Origin: Candidatus Woesearchaeota archaeon
GTDB lineage: Archaea; Nanobdellota; Nanobdellia; Pacearchaeales; GW2011-AR1
Direction: 5' to 3'
NCBI GenBank assembly: GCA_964412025.1
Contig: CAYPLY010000001.1
Coordinates: 134,922-198,921 of the forward strand
DNA: 64,000 nt
Positions 34,912 to 44,868 of this stretch are shown piece by piece (positions within the stretch are counted from its first letter, which is position 1; the number at the start of each line of letters is the position of its first letter). Made by a program: the position numbers and the translations under genes. The notes beneath the pieces are model-generated. The model made no database searches and was not told where the DNA came from. It was given only the letters and a program-made list of their open reading frames with translations.

Positions 34912-37029
34912 CTATTCTTGGTCTTTATGATTGTTTAATTTTTCTATTCCCTTAATAGGTAATATCTCTTCTCTTATACTCTCCTTAGGAATATATTTTC
35001 TTGGCTCTTTATCAGTTCCTTTTATTAAAATATCTTCTAGCTCTTTAATATCTTTTGTTAATTCTTCTGCGTATTCTGGAGAGATACTTATGCTATTAAT
35101 TTCGTTTTCAATTAAAAATTTTATAAGTTCTTTATTTGCTTCATTGTCAGTGTAAATGTTACTTTCTATATTTTTTCTTCTGCAAACTCTTATTACATAT
35201 GAAATCTGATAAAGCACTGCTGGATTTAGTTCGTCATACATCTCCTTAACTTCTGGATTTTCTCTATCTATAGAAAGTATATTTTGGGTTAGACAATTGA
35301 TTCCAATCGTTACTAGTTCCAGATTTTCATCACAAATTTGATTTATTAATTGTACAGCCGAGGGGGTTTCAATCGAAACTCCTACTTTTGCTTCATTAAA
35401 TTCTATTTCATCCAGTATTTCTTTGAATTTTCTAATTTCATCGATTAAAGTGATATTAGGTATTATTATCACTATCTTCTTTCCTAGCTGGCTTATTCTT
35501 TTTAGTGCATTTAACTCTGCTTTCAGTATTTCAGCATTTTTTAGAAGGAATCTTATACCATGTAATCCCATTTTAGGGTTAGTTTCTTTTTCTTTTGGAG
35601 AACCTTCTAATAATAAAAGTTCGTCACTTTTTATATCAGAATTTTTTACCCAAATTTCATTGAAATCTTCTGATATTTTTCTCACTCCCTGGAAGATTAT
35701 CTCTTCGTACTCTTGAATATTTCCGGTTTCTATGAAGTAATTTGGATGTTTCCCAGATTTGGATATTATTTCTTCAATCCTTATTAATCCTATAGATTTT
35801 ATGTTGGTCTCTAAATAGTTCTCTGCTATTTCTTTTGGACCCATAATTAATTTTACTTTTGTTTTTGTTTGTTGCATCTCCATCTTTTGTTTTTTCTCTG
35901 TCTCAGGAGATTCTTCAATTAGTTCAGTATTCTCTTCCTCCAAATTCTCCTCTTCCGGTAATTTCTCTTCAATTTTATTATCTTCCTTACTCTCTTTTGC
36001 TTCTATTATTTCTTCTATTTCTTTTGTTTGTACAAGGTATATATCTTCTCCCTCAATTGCAAACTCTATCTCCTGGGGTTTTTTATAATATTCTTCAATA
36101 TTTAGTGCTAGCTGTGAGAGTTTTATAATCTCGCTTTTTGTAAGTGTTTGTTGTCGGGATTTTTCCTCTCTCAATCTAATTGCAGTCTTGTTGCCAGATG
36201 AGTCTCTTGTTATTGCTATTTTCTTCTCTCCTTCTTTTACGTTAGTTATTTCCAAATTTCTATTGAGAGTATATTCATCTGGGTTTATCTCTTCAAAAGA
36301 CATTCCTTCTCCAAGACCCCATATGGATTTTATGATTATATTGTTTTCTTTGTTGCTTATGTCTTTAGATAAAATTATCCCGGATTTTGTAGAGTCAACC
36401 ATTTTTTGAACAACGATTGCTATTTCAGAAGGATAAGGATTTAATCCTTTTTTATTTCTGTATATAATTGCATTGGGAGAAAATAGGGATGCAAAGCATC
36501 TTTTTATATATTCTAGGAGCTGATAAGTACCCTTTATATTTAAAAAAGAATCAGGTTTTTCTTGAGAATTTTTTGTTCTAGTACTCCCTCTTACTGCAAC
36601 AAAAATTGGTTCGTGTGCATTTTGTAATATATCTAGTGCAGAGCCGTATACCTCGCTCAAATCGCTTGCGCTAAGAGTCTCGTACGCTTCTATTATCTCT
36701 TCCTCCAAGTTATTTGGCATTCTTGCTTCAATTATGTTATTTCTTATTACCTCAGAAATATCTTTTAATTGATTTTCATTTTGATAATTTATTTTTTCTA
36801 ATTGTCCCTTTATGAGATTCGTTAATCCGGAGTTTTCAATAAAGTACTCATAAGCCTGTGAGGATATAATAAATCCTGGAGGCACAGGAAATTTTAAATT
36901 ATATATTTCGCTTAGATTTGCTCCTTTTTCTCCTGCAATTGTACCAGAATTCTTATTTAGCTCAGAAAACCACTTTATAAAACAAGTTTCATCACTAGGA
37001 TTATTCCCTTTATTCCCCTTTTGGATCAT
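34912..37029 (-). CDS. Degenerate PEP synthase (PpsA)-like protein lacking the phospho-histidine domain
   Basis: GEKGANL, PVPPGF, AVRGS, VQKMV in the N-domain; IGLIRIEE, IETPSA in the C-domain; no TSHAAI motif between them. Confidence 0.8.
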   Translation of the reverse strand: MIQKGNKGNNPSDETCFIKWFSELNKNSGTIAGEKGANLSEIYNLKFPVPPGFIISSQAYEYFIENSGLTNLIKGQLEKINYQNENQLKDISEVIRNNIIEARMPNNLEEEIIEAYETLSASDLSEVYGSALDILQNAHEPIFVAVRGSTRTKNSQEKPDSFLNIKGTYQLLEYIKRCFASLFSPNAIIYRNKKGLNPYPSEIAIVVQKMVDSTKSGIILSKDISNKENNIIIKSIWGLGEGMSFEEINPDEYTLNRNLEITNVKEGEKKIAITRDSSGNKTAIRLREEKSRQQTLTKSEIIKLSQLALNIEEYYKKPQEIEFAIEGEDIYLVQTKEIEEIIEAKESKEDNKIEEKLPEEENLEEENTELIEESPETEKKQKMEMQQTKTKVKLIMGPKEIAENYLETNIKSIGLIRIEEIISKSGKHPNYFIETGNIQEYEEIIFQGVRKISEDFNEIWVKNSDIKSDELLLLEGSPKEKETNPKMGLHGIRFLLKNAEILKAELNALKRISQLGKKIVIIIPNITLIDEIRKFKEILDEIEFNEAKVGVSIETPSAVQLINQICDENLELVTIGINCLTQNILSIDRENPEVKEMYDELNPAVLYQISYVIRVCRRKNIESNIYTDNEANKELIKFLIENEINSISISPEYAEELTKDIKELEDILIKGTDKEPRKYIPKESIREEILPIKGIEKLNNHKDQE

Positions 37030-37081
37030 ATTTCATTCAACCCTTTTATGTTAATAAATGTTTGGGGTTATTTGGGCATAA

Positions 37082-37264
37082 TTAGTTTGAAATTGCTTCT
37101 ACCGGACAATTACTTATTGCTTCTTTTATGCACTTTGCATTCTTTTTAATATCTGCTCCAGATTTTACTCCAGCTTTCCCATCATCTTCCATTTGAAAAA
37201 CTTCAGGACAGGTGGCAGAACATGCTCCGCATCCAATACATTTGTTTTTGTCTATTTTCACCAT
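37082..37264 (-). CDS. Ferredoxin
   Basis: CIGCGACSATCP...CPVEAI. Confidence 0.92.
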   Translation of the reverse strand: MVKIDKNKCIGCGACSATCPEVFQMEDDGKAGVKSGADIKKNAKCIKEAISNCPVEAISN

Positions 37265-37370
37265 TTTGTTTTATGAATTAGTAAAATTTAGTTAAGTTTA
37301 TAAATATAATGCCGGAGGGGGAGTTTAGTTTAATATAAAATATTATAAATCTTCTTAATTTTAATATAGT

Positions 37371-38084
37371 ATGGATAAAAGAGGGCAGATTACTGTATTT
37401 ATAATATTATCTTTGTTAATTGTTGCCATTGTTGCTCTAATCTTTCTTTTTATTAAACCCCCAAAAGAAACTCCTGGAGTTTATACAGCTTCAATATATA
37501 ATTTTGTTGATGAATGCATACAAGAGACAGCAGAAGATGCAATCTATGAAATTGGACAGAATGGGGGATATTACTTTCCTGCTAATATATCAACTCCAAC
37601 AGGAATAGCTTATTATTATGAAAATGGAAGGAATTTAATTCCTAAAAAAGAAAGAGTAGAAGAGCAGATTTCATTATATATAAAAGAAAATCTTTTCTTT
37701 TGCACAAAAAACTTTGTGCAATTTACTAATTATAATATTTCTCAAAGAGAAATAAATGTTGAAACTACAATTTCTAATGATAAAGTAATCTTAGAAATAA
37801 ATTATCCAATAATAATCTCACAAGGAGAGGAAAGTGCTATTATAGAAGATTTCGAAAAAGAAATAAATGTAAGGATTGGACTTATTTATTCTTCAATAAT
37901 TGAATTCTTAAATTATAGCAAACAGGAAATTTGTTTAAGTTGTTTATTTGATATCTCAGAAACAAATGACCTAATTGTAGAAATGGTAGATTATGATAAC
38001 AAAACTGTTATTTTTATATTTAGAGATGAAAATTCAAAACTAAATGAACAACCTTTCGAATGGGTTTTCGCAAATAAATATTAA
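37371..38084 (+). CDS. Class III signal-peptide (pilin-like) protein
   Basis: MDKRG|QITVFIILSLLIVAIVALIFLFI. Confidence 0.75.
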   Translation: MDKRGQITVFIILSLLIVAIVALIFLFIKPPKETPGVYTASIYNFVDECIQETAEDAIYEIGQNGGYYFPANISTPTGIAYYYENGRNLIPKKERVEEQISLYIKENLFFCTKNFVQFTNYNISQREINVETTISNDKVILEINYPIIISQGEESAIIEDFEKEINVRIGLIYSSIIEFLNYSKQEICLSCLFDISETNDLIVEMVDYDNKTVIFIFRDENSKLNEQPFEWVFANKY

Positions 38085-38085
38085 G

Positions 38086-39756
38086 ATGAAATCAAAAATA
38101 ATTTTAATAATTGGTATCTTTATTTTATTTAATAATCTAACATTTTTTGTTTTAGCAGATGATTCTTCTGGCGGTATAATTCAAAATCTTGCCAGTTTTA
38201 ATTCAAGTGAGATTAGCTATAAACTTTCTGAAGATGGTAATTCAGCAATACTTACTTTCCTTAAAGAAGGTATTCTTAATATCAAAGGAATTAAGTTCGA
38301 GAATATCTCTCCCCAGGATGTGTATGGTGGTAAAAGTTATGTTAAGATAGACAATCAAGGAAAGATCCTTGAAAGTCACTTGAGCACTAATAAAAACGGA
38401 GGGGAATATAATATTAATGGAAATATTATTAAAGTTCCTCCAACTACAATTTTTAGTTACGATTCTAAAAATGGTTTTAAATGCCATAATGGTGCTGAAA
38501 TAAAAAAAATTGCTTCTACAAATATTACTGGTGGGGGGATAAAACTTTGGAGGAATGGAAAACTTTATGAAGGAATTTATGGGACTTTAAATTTTGATGA
38601 AAAAAGTCAGGCATATATAGATAACTCAGATAAAGAACTTGGTATTAATGGATTATATATAGCAAACACTGCGAATAAGAGAGTTAATTTATTTTTTGAT
38701 GAAAAAGAACATGAAGGAGATTACCTATCTTTTAATAAGACTTCTTTTATTCTTAATGGCCCATTAGATATAAGTTTTGGACCAAGAAATCCTTATATGA
38801 AATTATTAGGTAGTACGGCATTATCTATAAAAGGAAGCTCCAATTCTAAAGTGATTATAGAAAACAGAGAGGTTTCTGGTTTAATCCCAAAAATTACTCT
38901 GTTAGGTAATTCAGATGTAATTATTAATAATGGAAAAAAGGATATAACTTATGATTCAGGAGATAATAAATGGTATATTAGTAATAAAGGTTCATCTGGG
39001 TATTCTTCTCCAATGGAGATATATAAGTCAAATTCAAATGAAAAGATTTTTGTTGATAATTTAAATCGTGTTGTAATTGTTCCAAAAAATTATGGAGAAT
39101 ATATCTCAACAGATGAAATTAATGGGTATGACATTAGATTCTCTTCTAAGGTTTTTTATAATTATCCCACAGAAGAAGCAATAGAGAAATTAACTGGAAA
39201 AGATATACTCTTTGAGGAAGATTTACCTAATACTGCTAAACAAAATGATTTAATCCGATTACAAGATTATTGGGGAAGTTTAACACCAGAAACAAAAGAA
39301 GCAATAAAAAATATAGAATTTGTACAGAAAAATAAAGAATCTGGGATGTTTGGGCAATTAACTGGTTATGGTAAAGGTTCTCCAGCAGGAACTGCCAATC
39401 CTTTAACTAGAACTATTCGTATTGCACATAATTATATGGATTATTCTTTATTTAGACATGAAGCAGCTCATATGCGAGATTTTGATCTTCTTTTTACTTC
39501 CTTTCATAAAAGTTGGAGAGAAATTGAGGGTATACCTATAAATTCTTATGCAAAGACAAATATTTTTGAGGATGTTGCTTCAACTGTAGAAATTATTGCC
39601 AAAGATCCAGAAAAGTACGGAGTTTCTTCATATGATAAACCAGACCTTATTAAAAAATTAGATTTGTTATATAAAAATAAATTTATCTCAGAATATGAAT
39701 ATAATGCTGCAAAAGAAGGATATAATAGTACAGATAAAGTGTTAAATTTAAAATGA
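38086..39756 (+). CDS. Secreted protein with C-terminal zinc metallopeptidase (HExxH) domain
   Basis: Signal peptide; FRHEAAHMRD and SYAKTNIFEDVAS; ATG 38086 preferred. Confidence 0.7.
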   Translation: MKSKIILIIGIFILFNNLTFFVLADDSSGGIIQNLASFNSSEISYKLSEDGNSAILTFLKEGILNIKGIKFENISPQDVYGGKSYVKIDNQGKILESHLSTNKNGGEYNINGNIIKVPPTTIFSYDSKNGFKCHNGAEIKKIASTNITGGGIKLWRNGKLYEGIYGTLNFDEKSQAYIDNSDKELGINGLYIANTANKRVNLFFDEKEHEGDYLSFNKTSFILNGPLDISFGPRNPYMKLLGSTALSIKGSSNSKVIIENREVSGLIPKITLLGNSDVIINNGKKDITYDSGDNKWYISNKGSSGYSSPMEIYKSNSNEKIFVDNLNRVVIVPKNYGEYISTDEINGYDIRFSSKVFYNYPTEEAIEKLTGKDILFEEDLPNTAKQNDLIRLQDYWGSLTPETKEAIKNIEFVQKNKESGMFGQLTGYGKGSPAGTANPLTRTIRIAHNYMDYSLFRHEAAHMRDFDLLFTSFHKSWREIEGIPINSYAKTNIFEDVASTVEIIAKDPEKYGVSSYDKPDLIKKLDLLYKNKFISEYEYNAAKEGYNSTDKVLNLK

Positions 39757-40373
39757 AAAAGATAATCTTTTCTTTAATGTGTATTATATTTATAATTGGA
39801 ATTATATCTGCAGCAAGTATAAACACTTATTATACATTAAATATAAATTATAACAAAAGCAAATTAACTCTTTTGTCAAGCGAAATAGAACAATTGAGAG
39901 AATCAATTAATAATTCTTTTGGAGAATATAGCGCTAAAATTTATGATTACAATGGTAATTTATTGAAAGAACATTTATTTGGAATTCAAAGAGAAGTATT
40001 ATACGATGAAGTGGATGAAAATGGAACAATATATTTTGGGGGGGAGGTTATTTTAGATGAAGTAAATTTTACCTTATTTATCCCTTATTATGAAAATGCA
40101 AGTAAAATAATAATTTATTATAAAAATACAAGCAAAAAGCTGGAAATAGATGTTAGTTCCTACTCAAAAAATTATGAAGAGTATAAAGAATTTATTACAA
40201 CAAACCAAAATGTATCAAATGAAGAAGAATCAGCCAATAAAGGGAATGTATCCGTAAATGAGAGTGCAGTAAAAGAAAAAACATTTGTTGAAAAAATTTC
40301 TCATTATTGGTGGATATTATTGATAATCTTAATAATATTATTAGCTATACTTATAAATTCTATAAGAAAGTAG
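39753..40373 (+). CDS. Secreted protein with C-terminal membrane anchor
   Basis: Signal peptide, C-terminal WWILLIILIILLAILI-RK. Confidence 0.72.
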   Translation: MKKIIFSLMCIIFIIGIISAASINTYYTLNINYNKSKLTLLSSEIEQLRESINNSFGEYSAKIYDYNGNLLKEHLFGIQREVLYDEVDENGTIYFGGEVILDEVNFTLFIPYYENASKIIIYYKNTSKKLEIDVSSYSKNYEEYKEFITTNQNVSNEEESANKGNVSVNESAVKEKTFVEKISHYWWILLIILIILLAILINSIRK

Positions 40374-40463
40374 ACAGATAGATTATTTCCTCAAAATTCC
40401 CAAAATTAACATTTAATTTAACTTAATAGGTAAATTTATAAATATAATTATTCATATTTACTT

Positions 40464-41024
40464 ATGGCACTAGGAATAGGGTTATGGATTTTAATTGGGT
40501 TAGTTGCATTATTAATAATTGTTCTTATTGGATATTATAATCGTTTTACAGTATTGTCTAATAGAATAGAGAATTCACTTGGGCAGATTGATGTTCAGCT
40601 TAAAAGGAGAGCAGATTTAATTCCAAATCTTGTTGAGACTGTTAAAGGGTTTGCGAAGCATGAAAAAGAAGCCATAAAGGCTGTAACTGATGCTAGGAAG
40701 TCTTTGGTTGGTGCAACAGATTTACCTTCTAAGTTAAAAGCAGATAAAGGACTTGAAAGTGCTTTAGGAAGATTATTCGCAATTGCTGAGGGATATCCAG
40801 ATTTAAAGGCCAATACTAATTTCTTGGAATTACAGAGAGAATTGACTTCAACTGAAGATAAAGTTGCGTACTCAAGGCAATTTTATAATGACTCTATTTT
40901 GGATTACAACAACAAGTGTAAAACTTTTCCAGGAAAGGTGTTTGCAGGGGTGTTTGGATTTAAGGAAAAAGAATATATCAAGATAACTGAGGCTGAAAGA
41001 AAACCTGTTAATGTTAAGTTTTAA
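40464..41024 (+). CDS. lemA: LemA family protein
   Basis: IDVQLKRRADLIPNLVETVKG, EGYPDLKAN, TEDKVAYSRQFYND. Confidence 0.95.
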   Translation: MALGIGLWILIGLVALLIIVLIGYYNRFTVLSNRIENSLGQIDVQLKRRADLIPNLVETVKGFAKHEKEAIKAVTDARKSLVGATDLPSKLKADKGLESALGRLFAIAEGYPDLKANTNFLELQRELTSTEDKVAYSRQFYNDSILDYNNKCKTFPGKVFAGVFGFKEKEYIKITEAERKPVNVKF

Positions 41025-41081
41025 GTTTAAGTTTCAATGTTCTATATAAATATTTATTAATTTTACCTATGTGTTTTTTTT

Positions 41082-41369
41082 ATGATATGTAAATACCTAA
41101 CAAATAATATTTCTTTTGACCTTTTAGACAATAATCAGGCAAGGGATTTTAGAAATTTAAAAACTTATTTAGAAACTCAAAGCCCCCCATATTATATAAA
41201 TATTGAAAATATATCCAAACAGGAATTTCATTATTTTTGTTGTGATTCTCCCATTCTTATAACAAAATATCCTGAAAAGGCGGATATTAAGATAATCTCT
41301 CCAAGATTTTCTTCTTTAGAGCATATGAAGTCAAAACTTGGAAATGTATTAAATAAGGTTATTAGTTAA
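41082..41369 (+). CDS. Small hypothetical protein
   Basis: 95-aa ORF; no motif. Confidence 0.45.
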   Translation: MICKYLTNNISFDLLDNNQARDFRNLKTYLETQSPPYYINIENISKQEFHYFCCDSPILITKYPEKADIKIISPRFSSLEHMKSKLGNVLNKVIS

Positions 41370-42101
41370 TTTTCCATACTTCCCAAAATTATAAACCCCA
41401 TTTATTCCAATAACGTATGTTTCAAAAGATTTGAGTTTGTTTTGGGGTATTAATTGTTTGTAGGATTCTCCTTTACTGTACTCAGATATTTCTGTTCCTT
41501 CTGTTATACTAAAAAAACTTGGGAGAATTATACATTGTTTTTTCTTGTATTTTCCAACAAGAAAGCACTTATATTTTTCACGTTTTATATTGATTTTATC
41601 GCGGATTAAAACTGCAGGATGAATATGGCTTGTAACTATTATTTTTATCTTCTTATCATATAATTCTAGAAAATCTTTTTCCCCGTGAGTAAAGACAATA
41701 TCCTCTTCTATATGGAAATCTTTTAGTTTGTAGTCATTTAGTGTAAATGTATCATGATTTCCTTTGATGAGGATTATGTTCTCTTTTGAGATATATTTTT
41801 CTAGGAATCTAAGAAAGCTTTTTAGGTCTGAAACTTCCTGTTTTTGAAATTTAAAGTTGTGTTTTATATCTCCCAAAAGGATTATCTTTTTTAATGTGTA
41901 AATTGCTTTTATTCTTTTGATTATTATTTCAACTTCTTTCTTTGTGTCTTCAAGTTGATCAAATAAAATGTTTATTCCTTGATCTTTTAACATCGAATCA
42001 TATCCCAGGTGCAAATCTCCTATTACAAGAATTCCTTTCTTTGGAAGGAAGAGCGTTTTTGATATGAATATAAAATCTCTTGAGGATTTATTCATTTCCA
42101 A
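41349..42101 (-). CDS. Metallophosphoesterase (Lhr-associated type)
   Basis: GDLHLG, LGDIKH, KGNHD, THG, SHIHP. Confidence 0.88.
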   Translation of the reverse strand: MEMNKSSRDFIFISKTLFLPKKGILVIGDLHLGYDSMLKDQGINILFDQLEDTKKEVEIIIKRIKAIYTLKKIILLGDIKHNFKFQKQEVSDLKSFLRFLEKYISKENIILIKGNHDTFTLNDYKLKDFHIEEDIVFTHGEKDFLELYDKKIKIIVTSHIHPAVLIRDKINIKREKYKCFLVGKYKKKQCIILPSFFSITEGTEISEYSKGESYKQLIPQNKLKSFETYVIGINGVYNFGKYGKLTNNLI

Positions 42102-44736
42102 CCTCCCTTAAGAATTCATCATAGCTGAACTCTTCTGGATTCTTCCTTCTTTCAATTTCTTGCATGTAAACCTTGTGCATTCTTTGGAGAAAATCCTGCT
42201 TGTCTTCAATTTTCATTAAATCAAGATGTCCTTGAAGTATAAGGTTTAGCGAGAATGGAGAGGGTATTTTTACATGATTATAACTTAACTTAATTTTTCC
42301 TGTATTTATCCAATCAAGAACTAATTTAGCCCGTTGAATATCCATTAAATCTTCTAAAACTTCTCTTTTTGCTTCTTTGAGTATTGGGAATTCTTTTGAA
42401 ATCTTCTTAACCGAACTTATTAAAAAATGAGATTTCATTTGTTGTTTTTTGATAGACTTGGTCGCTCCCTTGTAAGTTCTTAATATCATTAATCCGCGTG
42501 TTGCACAATGCCTGAATTTTTTTGTTAGAACATCTGTTTTTTCTATTGCCTGTTTTAGTATCTCCTCTATATTATTCGAATTAAGTTGTTCAAATGCTTT
42601 TTCTATATTTGTGTTCTCAGAAGATAGGTAAAACCCTCTATCGGATATTCCTACTTCGACATCTCTTTTTGAAGAGCCTTTTGTTCCCATTAAGTATGCT
42701 AATGCACGAGAAAGTGCATCATTTACTCTTCTACCATACATTGAATTTACCAAAATGTATTTCTTATCATCTCTCTCATCAGTATATTTCTCTATCGATA
42801 TTGTATCTATATCTGGAATTTCTGAGAAATGGAACTGTTGATAAAAATACTGATAAATTTCCTCTGATACTTCTACAGAGGTATAGGTATATTTTTCTAT
42901 AAACTCTTTTATCTTTTCTTTGTCTAAATTCTTTTCAAATCTTTTTCTCAATTCTTTTCTAAATTTGGATATTTCCAAAGCAGAATCAAAACTTAAAGGT
43001 AGGGTTTCTGAGAACCAGGAAGGTATTGTTGGGTTTCTGTCTGGAGCAGGTCTAACTGTTAGATTCATTCCCTTAGTGTATAAATAAGCATACTTGCTTC
43101 CACCCAATACAAAGACATCTCCCTTATGCATTCTGTTCATGAAAGATTCATCAATAACTCCTATTTTATCTCCAGTTTGAAGCTTTACAGTTACAAATGA
43201 TTCTTCGGGTATTGTCCCAAGATTTGTTAAATATAATACTCTTGCAAGTTTTCCTCTTTTTCCTATTTCTTTTGTGTCATTATCATACCATATTTTTGCA
43301 TAGACTTTATCTTTTTCTAAATCATATTCTCCAGATAAATAACTTATAACAGAAAGAAAATCTTCTTTTGTTAAATCCTGATAACAATAACTTTTTCTTA
43401 TAAGGTTTAAAAGGTCTTCAAGTTTCCAGGGTTGGCTTATTGCCATTCCAAAAATTGTCTGTGAAAGAACATCTAATGCATTCTTTGGGAAATGTATTTT
43501 ATCGATTCGTGCTTCATACATTTCTTTTTGAATTACAGAACATTCAATTAAATCATCTCTGTCAAGAACAATGAACCTTCCTTTTGCTGTTTCATGCAAT
43601 TTATGTCCTGCTCTCCCAACTCTTTGTAGTGCTCTTGAAGAGGCTTTTGGACTTCCAAGAAGTATTACTAAATCTATATATCCTATGTCTATTCCTAATT
43701 CAAGGGATGTTGAACATACAACTACCTTTAGATTTCCTTTTCTTAAATTTTCTTCAATAGAAAATCGGTGCCCTTTGCTTAGGGAAGAGTGATGGGCTGC
43801 AATGTTTTCATCAGTGTAATCTACTGGAAATTTATCTTTTAAATAATTTACAATCCTCTCTGTAGCTGAGCGGGTATTTGTGAATATTAAAGTTGTCTTG
43901 TGTTCTTTTACTAAATCGTGTATTAATTGGTACATATAAATGTGGGGTTTGTTTTCCCAGATTAAGTTTTTCGCAGGTATTAAAACATCTAAATCTAGTT
44001 TTTTATGCGAGATGACTTTTGCAATATTGACTTTTCTTTCTTCAGATATTCCTACTAAGAATTTTGCAACTTCCTCAAGAGGTTCTATTGTTGCACTTAA
44101 TCCTATTTTTACAGGTATATTCTTTGCAATTGAGTTAAGCCTTTCAATATTTAAGCTTAAAAAAGAACCCCTTTTATTTCCTAAAGAGTGTATTTCGTCT
44201 ATTATGCAGTATTCTACCTCCTGGAAAGACTCTACAAATTTCTTTGTTGTTAAAACAATTGCGAGAGATTCAGGTGTTGTTATGAGAATATGTGGAGGAT
44301 TTTTTGCCATTTTTGCCTTTTCAGAGGGTGTTGTGTCTCCTGTTCTTAATCCCACAAGTATTTTTTGGAGGTTTATTCCCTTGGATTTTGCAATTTCATT
44401 TATTTCTTCAAGGGGCTCTATAAGGTTTTTGTGTATATCATTATTAAGTGCTTTTAATGGACTTACATAAACACAATAAACTTTCTTTTCTAATTTGTTT
44501 TTCTCTGACAAAGTCACTAGTTGATTTAATATAGAAAGGAATGCAGTTAAGGTTTTACCTCCTCCTGTTGGCGCAGATATGAGGATATCTTGTTTTTTGT
44601 GAATATTCATTACCCCAAATCTTTGAGATTCTGAAAAATCTTCAAATTTTGAGAAAAACCATTCTTTTACAAGTGGATGAAGTATCTCTTCTATTTCTTT
44701 TCTTGAATATTGGGTTGCTTCTGAAACATCAGTCAT
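42088..44736 (-). CDS. lhr: Lhr-type SF2 helicase
   Basis: APTGGGKT, SPLKAL, TTPES, DEIH, LSAT, HHSSL, STSLELGIDIG, QRVGRAGH. Confidence 0.94.
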   Translation of the reverse strand: MTDVSEATQYSRKEIEEILHPLVKEWFFSKFEDFSESQRFGVMNIHKKQDILISAPTGGGKTLTAFLSILNQLVTLSEKNKLEKKVYCVYVSPLKALNNDIHKNLIEPLEEINEIAKSKGINLQKILVGLRTGDTTPSEKAKMAKNPPHILITTPESLAIVLTTKKFVESFQEVEYCIIDEIHSLGNKRGSFLSLNIERLNSIAKNIPVKIGLSATIEPLEEVAKFLVGISEERKVNIAKVISHKKLDLDVLIPAKNLIWENKPHIYMYQLIHDLVKEHKTTLIFTNTRSATERIVNYLKDKFPVDYTDENIAAHHSSLSKGHRFSIEENLRKGNLKVVVCSTSLELGIDIGYIDLVILLGSPKASSRALQRVGRAGHKLHETAKGRFIVLDRDDLIECSVIQKEMYEARIDKIHFPKNALDVLSQTIFGMAISQPWKLEDLLNLIRKSYCYQDLTKEDFLSVISYLSGEYDLEKDKVYAKIWYDNDTKEIGKRGKLARVLYLTNLGTIPEESFVTVKLQTGDKIGVIDESFMNRMHKGDVFVLGGSKYAYLYTKGMNLTVRPAPDRNPTIPSWFSETLPLSFDSALEISKFRKELRKRFEKNLDKEKIKEFIEKYTYTSVEVSEEIYQYFYQQFHFSEIPDIDTISIEKYTDERDDKKYILVNSMYGRRVNDALSRALAYLMGTKGSSKRDVEVGISDRGFYLSSENTNIEKAFEQLNSNNIEEILKQAIEKTDVLTKKFRHCATRGLMILRTYKGATKSIKKQQMKSHFLISSVKKISKEFPILKEAKREVLEDLMDIQRAKLVLDWINTGKIKLSYNHVKIPSPFSLNLILQGHLDLMKIEDKQDFLQRMHKVYMQEIERRKNPEEFSYDEFLREVGNE

Positions 44737-44868
44737 TTTAAGTTACCTTTTATGTTTAGTTATATAGAAACCTCTCACAATCCTTGATTTAAATTAGTTG
44801 AGTGTCATTATTTAAGGGTTTTGGTTGTTTTTGGTTAATCTTAAAAAGTCTTTTTTCTATACTTGAAC

